From the NCBI GenBank assembly GCA_038087875.1, contig JAXLNO010000131.1, positions 1-38,354 on the forward strand: a stretch of 38,354 nt of DNA, read 5' to 3'. The notes under the pieces are model-generated. The model was not told where the DNA came from. It did no database searches and saw only the letters and a program-made list of their open reading frames with translations. Numbering within the stretch: position 1 is the stretch's first letter; each line of letters begins with the position of its first letter. The DNA is from Malacoraja senta (lineage: Eukaryota). Of the stretch, positions 33,379 to 38,354 are shown in pieces. A program made the translations under genes and the position numbers.

Positions 33379-36075
33379 AAACAACACATAAACTTTTCAT
33401 AAACTAACAACATACATAAATAACCTTTTCATAAACAAAAATAAACATAAACATACTTTAAAAAAAAAAATCATATAACATCCCTAAAAGATGGATACTA
33501 AATAACGTGGGTGAATGAGGGACTGTACCTGCACGCCAGTAAGCACAGACAGGACTGGTGGAGACCGTGCATGCGTCGGTACTCGAGTGAGTCACTTGAT
33601 GATACACGAATCTGTCCGGTACAGCTCCTGTCCACTGACCACTAAAGGGCGTTACACACTGGCCGGTATAGACATCGCTAAATATGACATCGCTAAATAT
33701 GCTAAATAGGCATCGCTAAATATGCCGTGCGTGCATAATAAAATTACGAATATGAAATTATACACAAAAATGACTCAAAAATGCATTTACATATGATTAG
33801 CCTATTTATCACGATTTCTCTAGGAACCTCTGGCGGCCTCTCGCGGAACCCTAGCGTTCCGGGGAACCCCGGTTGAGAATCGCTGGTCGCACCCCTACAC
33901 CGGGTACATTATTAGCGATGGATACAGGAGAGAGACGGGTCACTATGTCCGTGGTTCTGGAACAATAACCTCTCGCTCAACGCAAGATCAAGGAACCAAC
34001 GATGATAGACTCAAAATGCTGGAGTAACTCAGTGGGATAGGCAACAAAATGCTGGAGTAACTCAGTGGGACAGGCAGAAAAATGCTGGAGTAACTCAGTG
34101 GGACATCTCTCGAGAGAAGGAATACGCGACGTCTCGGGTGAAAGAGTGAAAAATCTGAAGAAGGGTCTCGACCCGAAACGTCACCCATTCCTTCTCCCCA
34201 TAGATGCTGCCTGTCCCACTGAGATACTCCAGCATTTTGTGTCTATCTTCGGTTTAAACCAGCATCTGCAGTTCTGCAGTTCCTTCCTCCACCAAGGAAC
34301 CAACCACGGACTTTGGAAAGGCGATGTAATTGGTCTCTTGGTGGCCTGCACGGCGACCGGCACATTGATGTAATTACAATGAAGATCCACCAACACATGG
34401 TTTATACATTTACAGAGATTGAGGTTGTGATCGAATATTTGAATTACCTTCCACAGAAGCACTGTACAGACGAGCCTGACTGGTTGCATCGCGAACTGAG
34501 ACGGATATTCCAACGCGCAGGACTCACACCCAGGCATGTCACACTCACACGGACACACCTGTCACGGACACACCTGTCACGGACACACCTGTCACGGACA
34601 CACCTGTCACGGACATACCTGTGTTAAAGAGGGAACTGCAGATGCTGGAAAATCGAAGGTACACAAAAATGCTGGAGAAACTCAGCGGGTGCAGCAGCAT
34701 CTATGGAGCGAAGGAAATAGGTAACGTTTCGGGTCTGAAGAAGGGTTTCGGCCCGAAACGTTACCTATTTCCTTCGCTCCATAGATGCTGCTGCACCCGC
34801 TGAGTTTCTCCAGCATTTTTGTGTACCTACGGACATACCTGTCACGGACACACCTGTCACACCGGCACATCTGTCTCACGGACACACCTGTCACCCACAC
34901 GGGAGATGCCCGGCCAAGTCTGACACGCAGACCTCACCTCACTGATGTTCAGCGTCAGCGCCGTCTCGGGGAAGGTGGGCGGGTTGTCATTGGCGTTGCC
35001 GACCACGATGTAGAGGACCAGAGATTTCTGCAACAGAGAGGTCAGCGTGAGGCCACGTCAGAGTGGGAGAGCTCGCAGTGAGGGGGCTGCCGGAAGGGGG
35101 GCTGAGCCCAGCCAGCGCCCTCCCCCCCCCCTCACCCTCCGGGCACCGTGGCCAGGTGTGGCTGCTTCAAGGTGAGGGGTAGCAGGTGATGCAGGTACGG
35201 GAGAAAATGGCGGAGCCGCACGCCAAGATGATCCCGGCGAGTCGCGGCCCTGTAGATGGAGCCGCCGAGCCCGGCTCTGCTCGTTCCCCCGGAGACCAGA
35301 GAAACGCAGAGAATGGAGCCGGTGATGGCGGTGGCGAGGAGCAAGGCCGGTAGGAGAGGGAGCCGGGGATGGCCCTCGAGGTCGGCTGCGAGAGGCGCCT
35401 CCGCCCGGGGCATATAGGCGGCCGGCCAAGGAGAGGGACGTCGGCATGTTGCCCGGTACAGGGGCTCCCGCTCCCGACGCGCGGATCGCACTTTGGAAAT
35501 GACGCCAAGTCTGGTGAATAATGTCACTGTGATTTGCACATGTGGGAATAACGCGCCATTGTATTGTATTGTGGGCGGTGACCGGAGCTGGAGGCAACTG
35601 GAGAAGACGACAGCAAGGACGATGGGAGTGAGGTGTAGAACCAGAAGGCGGGAGGGGAGGGAGGGAGGGAGGAGAGGGAGAGGGAGGGAGGGAGGGAGGG
35701 GGAGGAGGGAGGGAGGGAAGGAGGGAGGGAAGGAGGAAGGGAGGGATTGTAACCGTCAGTCCCTCCACTGCCCCAGGACCCGTGCGTGATAAACCCCTCG
35801 CCTTTGCCCCCTGCCCCGCCAGCCCCCGCCCCTGCTCCCCCCCCCCCACGTTGGGCCTCAGCTGTGTGAGGTAACCCCTGCCCTCCGTGGCATGGCCTGG
35901 GTTTGGGCCCCTGGAGCACGGGGGTCTGTGGGTCGAGGGTCACGGGGGGGGAGGGGAGGGGGGGGAGGGGAGGGGTGGAGGGGAGGGGAGGGGGGAGGGG
36001 GGAGGGGGGAAATGTGGAGCCTACCTTGTCTGGGCCACACAGCAGTGTCAAGCTGATCACCGGATCCTTCATGGC
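17878..36075 (-). CDS. CDHR5: Cadherin-related family member 5-like (mucin-cadherin), 5'-partial and spliced: cadherin repeats, mucin stalk, TM segment and cytoplasmic tail
   Basis: Cadherin Ca-binding motifs (NANDNPP, AVDLD, LDYE, DEDNRPP, AVDGD), Pro/Thr/Ser-rich exons, the TM segment DMAAVGAPLSVLLLICLVLIAALLL and the CDHR5-type tail motif VRSILTKERRHEDGYKAVWF. Exon phases are mutually consistent apart from the exceptions noted in the findings. Confidence 0.9.
18570..18995 (+). mobile_element. CR1 LINE 3' fragment
   Basis: ERLSALGLSSLEFRR...FFSQRVVNLWNSL followed by the 3' UTR. Confidence 0.88.
19095..19258 (-). CDS. CDHR5: CDHR5 transmembrane exon
   Basis: GGPGAQWRLYNAGDMAAVGAPLSVLLLICLVLIAALLLGGRWGALKQRAAAALKA; ttgcag| and |gtaagt; phase 1-0. 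Confidence 0.9.
19345..19530. repeat. Tandem repeat of about 47-50 bp derived from a CR1-like tail
   Basis: gaaaacatgccc(t)tcggcccatcctgtccatgctgacc, about 4 copies. Confidence 0.75.
19661..19696 (-). CDS. Possible 36-nt mucin mini-exon (DSPHAGAGAGAT)
   Basis: ccctcaccgacag| and ACAG|gtggac; phase 1-1; weak donor. Confidence 0.4.
19779..19889 (-). CDS. CDHR5: CDHR5 mucin exon (APATAPTKPTRPPAPPGHPTQTPLPDMSSTLPGTGAT)
   Basis: Same cctttattccag| acceptor and ACAG|gtaaac donor as the other mucin exons; 111 nt, phase 1-1. Confidence 0.75.
20099..20288 (-). pseudogene. Mucin exon copy with intact splice sites but frame-disrupting length (190 nt)
   Basis: An 18-nt in-frame deletion plus two 1-nt deletions relative to the 210-nt copies. 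These could be homopolymer assembly errors. Confidence 0.5.
21029..21238 (-). CDS. CDHR5: CDHR5 mucin repeat exon, 70 codons, near-identical to 23092-23301
   Basis: ttcttccag| and ACAG|gtaaac; 210 nt, phase 1-1, open. Confidence 0.78.
23092..23301 (-). CDS. CDHR5: CDHR5 mucin repeat exon, 70 codons (APVTPTRTPAPSRQPTPSRNTPGTPGS...GTGAT)
   Basis: ttattccag| and ACAG|gtaaac; 210 nt, phase 1-1, open. Confidence 0.78.
24625..24833 (-). pseudogene. Disrupted copy of the 210-nt mucin exon (pseudoexon)
   Basis: Paralogous to 23092-23301 but 209 nt (1-nt deletion), with the donor changed from ACAG|gtaaac to ACAG|gggaac. Confidence 0.7.
24959..25048 (-). CDS. CDHR5: CDHR5 mucin-stalk exon (VPSTVTASSGGSAATYAPGTRPNAGTGTAT)
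   Basis: tctgtactccag| and ACAG|gtaacc; 90 nt, phase 1-1. Confidence 0.75.
25564..25636 (-). CDS. CDHR5: CDHR5 exon, end of the last cadherin repeat (VTAVDGENRDEARTEVRVLTSDTD)
   Basis: gacag| and |gtgagt; phase 0-1. Confidence 0.82.
25645..25727 (+). repeat. 18-bp minisatellite, split by a CR1 3' fragment (about 25730-26008)
   Basis: acaacacgcgagggtcat x4; related units resume at 26009-26040. Confidence 0.85.
26240..26562 (+). mobile_element. CR1/HER1-like LINE 3' fragment
   Basis: tttacacagagggtggtgggtgcctggaacgcgctgcc...ggccgaagggcctgttctgtactg. Confidence 0.8.
26620..26739 (-). CDS. CDHR5: CDHR5 exon (SNNPAMTYSLSLGDIFTINRDGLIFTRSPLPPGQHEHVLT)
   Basis: ccacag| and |gtgagc; 120 nt, phase 0-0. 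Confidence 0.87.
27245..27451 (-). CDS. CDHR5: CDHR5 exon (AYQENDRYKSTTTTVTLTVVHINTHPPAF...LAQDKDYPN)
   Basis: 207 nt open; atctag| and |gtacgt; cadherin repeat boundary and AxDxD motif. Confidence 0.88.
27746..29628 (-). mobile_element. CR1-clade LINE, about 1.9-kb 3' portion with RT domain
   Basis: ORFs 29327..29611, 28636..29340 and 27835..28488 (KSPGPD, NYRPVSLTS, DFSKAFD, PQGSVLGP, YADDTK); (ggttatat)n tail. Confidence 0.95.
30033..30130 (-). CDS. CDHR5: CDHR5 exon (GDDNHTFQIHERDGALNMTKAVTSLGPITLTIL)
   Basis: FxIxxxxG cadherin strand; ttggcag| and |gtaggt; phase 1-0. Confidence 0.88.
30742..31037 (+). repeat. 19-bp minisatellite
   Basis: Unit cccctgtacccgggcgt(t/g)a, about 15 copies. 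Confidence 0.95.
31081..31171 (-). CDS. CDHR5: CDHR5 exon (LGPLTLRPRNILAVDGDSGINAIILYRIIN)
   Basis: AxDGDxGIN motif; ccacag| and |gtgggt; phase 0-1. Confidence 0.9.
31698..32067 (+). mobile_element. Rex1/L2-like LINE 3' fragment
   Basis: RARKRAGKIISDPSHPGHKLF...LPSGRRLR; aataaac followed by an (attc)n tail. Confidence 0.85.
32168..32332 (-). CDS. CDHR5: CDHR5 exon (EAADSQQV...VLDEDNRPPQFEPC...CLNAAYTGSIRQDTIE)
   Basis: DxxNRPPxFxPC...C motif typical of CDHR5; ggcag| and |gtagcc; 165 nt. Confidence 0.9.
32658..32768 (-). CDS. CDHR5: CDHR5 exon (DGATYFRL...LDYEVNRSLTLVLDAK) with an apparent GC donor
   Basis: LDYE motif; cccgcag| acceptor; ends AAG|gcgagg; 111 nt, phase 0-0. Confidence 0.85.
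32910..32996 (-). CDS. CDHR5: CDHR5 exon (LYPVGQFWTTVTAVDLDQDVIYYSLDPTT)
   Basis: AxDxD motif; cctacag| and |gtgagc; 87 nt. Confidence 0.9.
33097..33885. mobile_element. Non-autonomous hAT (Charlie-like) DNA transposon / MITE, 789 bp
   Basis: TIRs CAGCGTTTCTCAACC / GGTTGAGAATCGCTG (14/15); 8-bp TSD gtcccacc / gtcgcacc (7/8); AT-rich non-coding interior. Confidence 0.88.
34001..34292. mobile_element. Penelope-derived inverted pseudo-LTR insertion
   Basis: 12-bp TSD caaggaaccaac (33989-34000 / 34293-34304); hammerhead-like core at 34155. Confidence 0.85.
34548..34895 (+). repeat. 15-bp minisatellite (cacggacacacctgt), split by a Penelope insertion
   Basis: Units at 34548-34622 and 34829-34895. 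Confidence 0.88.
34623..34828. mobile_element. Penelope-derived palindromic pseudo-LTR insertion
   Basis: 14-bp TSD acggacatacctgt; perfect 77-bp inverted arms. Confidence 0.88.
34938..35027 (-). CDS. CDHR5: CDHR5 exon (KSLVLYIVVGNANDNPPTFPETALTLNISE)
   Basis: Cadherin xxNDNxP motif; ttgcag| and |gtgagg; 90 nt. Confidence 0.9.
36025..36075 (-). CDS. CDHR5: CDHR5 exon (AMKDPVISLTLLCGPDK)
   Basis: ctaatcttctccgccag| acceptor, |gtaggc donor; 51 nt, phase 0-0. Confidence 0.75.
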
Positions 36076-36185
36076 CTGGCGGAGAAGATTAGACACAGGA
36101 GAACAGATCAGAGGTGATGTTACCCGTCACCCCAACCCCGCGCCACGCATAACCATCGGTAACCACATTAACCACCAGTAACAAC

Positions 36186-38171
36186 GTGTCTTCACTAAAG
36201 AGGACACAAACAATCTTCCTGATATAGTAGTGGCCAGAGGATCTGGTGTGACGAAGGAACTGAAGGAAATCCACATTAGGCAGGAAATAGTGTTGGATAG
36301 ACTGATGGGACTGAAGGCTGATAAATCCCTAGGGCCTGATGGTCTGCATCCCAGTGTACTTAAGGGAGTGGCTCTAGAAATCGTGGATGCATTGGTGATA
36401 ATTTCCCAATGTTCTATAGATTCAGGATCAGTTCCTGTGGATTGGAGGGTAGCTAATGTTATCCCACTTTTTAATAAAGGCAGGAGAGAGAAAACAGGGA
36501 ATTATAGACCAGTTAGACTGACATCGGTGGCGGAGAAGATGCTGGAGCCAATTATAAAAGATGAAATAGCCGAACATTTGGATAGCAGTAACAGGATCGG
36601 TCCGAGTCAGCATGGATTTACGATGGGGAAATCATGCTTGATTAATCTTCTGGGATTTTTTGAAGGTGTAACTAGGAAAATGGACAAGGGAGAGCCAGTG
36701 GATGTTGTGTACCTGGACTTTCAGAAAGCATTTAATAAGGTCCCACAGAAGAGATTAGTGGACAAAATTAGGGCACATGGTATTGGGGGTAGAGTGCTGA
36801 CATGGAAAGGTTTGGCAGACAGGAAACAAAGAGAAGGGATTAACGGGTCCCTTTCAGAGTGGCTGGCAGTGACTAGTGGGGTACCGCAAGGCTCGGTGCT
36901 GGGACTGCAGCTATTTACAATATACATCAATGATTTTGATTCAAAGTAACATTAGCAAATTTGCAGATGACTCAAAGCTGGGTGGCAGTGTGAACTGTGA
37001 GGAGGATGCTTATGAGAATGCAGGGTGACTTGGACAGGTTGCGGGCGTGGGTAGATGCATGGCAGATGAAGTTTAATGCGGATAAATGTGAGGTCATCCA
37101 CTTTGGTAGCAAAAACAGGAAGGCAGATTACTATCTAAATTACGTCAAATTGGGAAACGGGGAAGTACAACGGGATCTGGGGGTCCTTGTTCATCTGTTT
37201 ATGAAAGTAAGCATGCAGGTACAGCAGGCAGTGAAGAAAGCGAATGGCATGTTGGCCTTTATAACAAGAGGAATCGAATATCGGAGCAAAGAGGTCCTTC
37301 TGCAGTTGTACAGAGCCCTAGTGAGACCACACCTGGAGTATTGTGTGCAGTTTTGGTCCCCTAATTTGAGGAAGGACATTCTTGCTATTGAGCGAGTGCA
37401 GCATAGGTTTACAAGGTTAATTCCCGGGATGGCGGGACTGTCAAATGCTGAGAGAATGGAGCGGCTGGGCTTGTACACTCTGAAGTTTAGAAGGATGAGA
37501 GGATATCTCATTTTTTAAATATTTTTTATTTTATTAGAAGTATTTTACATTACAGTAATCTGCAATAACGTAAGTTTATACTTTTCTTGTACCACTTCTT
37601 GTTTTAAACTTTAATAAGAGAAAAGGATAGAAAGAGTTAGTAAAGATAGTAAGTGAGTGATTGAAAGAGTGGTCCAGGAACACCCATATGGACCTAAACC
37701 ACAAGAAATAGTTTAAAAAAGAGAAAAACCTAAAGGAGGAAAAAGAAAAAAGAAAACATAAGATATGATAGGACAATATGAAAGGGATGTACTTACTTCA
37801 TATCTTTACTCATCCCTCGCCAGGTCCTAAAACCATTTAGAGGATATCTCATTGAAACATATAAGATTGTTAAGGGCTTGGACACGCTAGAGGCAGGAAA
37901 TATGTTCCCGGTGTTGGGGGAGTCCAGAACCAGGGGGTCACAGTTTAAGAATAAGGGGTAAGCCATTTACAACGGCGACAAGGAAACACTTTTTCTCACA
38001 GAGAGTTGTGAGTCTGTGGAATTCTCTGCCTCAGAGGGCGGTGGAGGGAGGTCCTCTGGATGCTTTCAAGAAAGAGCTAGATAGGGCTCTTAAAAATAGC
38101 GGTCAGTGGATATGGGGAAAAGGCGGGAACGTGGTACTGATTGGGGATGATCAGCCATGATCACATTGAAT
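36186..38171 (+). mobile_element. CR1 LINE 3' portion with RT domain, degenerate
   Basis: ORFs 36230..36949 and 36997..37518 (KSLGPDG, NYRPV, YLDFQKAF, PQGSVLG, HLEYCVQFW). Confidence 0.95.
37513..37838 (-). mobile_element. A-tailed retroposed fragment (L1/Tx1-like 3' end) inside CR1
   Basis: 15-bp TSD agaggatatctcatt (37498-37512 / 37839-37853); AATAAA and an A-rich tail on the minus strand. Confidence 0.78.
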
Positions 38172-38354
38172 AAGCACACACACTCACACATTGACACAGA
38201 TACACTAACACACACACTCACGCACACACAGGCTGGACACGATCTCTCCCTCTGGAGTTGCCGTCTCAGCGCTCTTTGTTCGCTTCCCCAACCCTCCCTC
38301 TGTCCCGGGACAGTCCGGGCTCCTGTCCCCCGACTTGAGTGTGGATAGGGCGGG

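Overview
Eukaryotic, GC-rich, repeat-dense vertebrate DNA. The repeat inventory (HE1/V-SINE-like SINEs, CR1/HER1-like LINEs, Penelope-type repeats) suggests a cartilaginous fish, probably a skate or ray. Two spliced genes converge tail-to-tail. On +, the 3' part of an IRF3/IRF7-subfamily interferon regulatory factor (linker, IAD and serine-rich tail; stop at 14076; the DNA-binding domain lies outside the window). On -, most of a CDHR5-like mucin-cadherin (36075 to 17878; the first exons lie beyond the window). The introns hold a four-level retroelement nest built around an internally deleted Mag-type Ty3/Gypsy element (2089-6215), many CR1 and Rex1/L2-like LINE pieces, a Penelope GIY-YIG fragment, a hAT MITE and several minisatellites. 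The most interesting observations are: seven dispersed copies of a minimal hammerhead-ribozyme-like motif in Penelope pseudo-LTRs, one of them in sense orientation just after the IRF stop; a CDHR5 mucin stalk built from tandemly duplicated phase-1 exons, with intact and disrupted copies; a frameshift between conserved motifs in the last CDHR5 exon; and an apparent GC-AG intron. No wholly new biological system can be proven from sequence alone. All exon models were built by hand from splice signals, phase and recalled homology.
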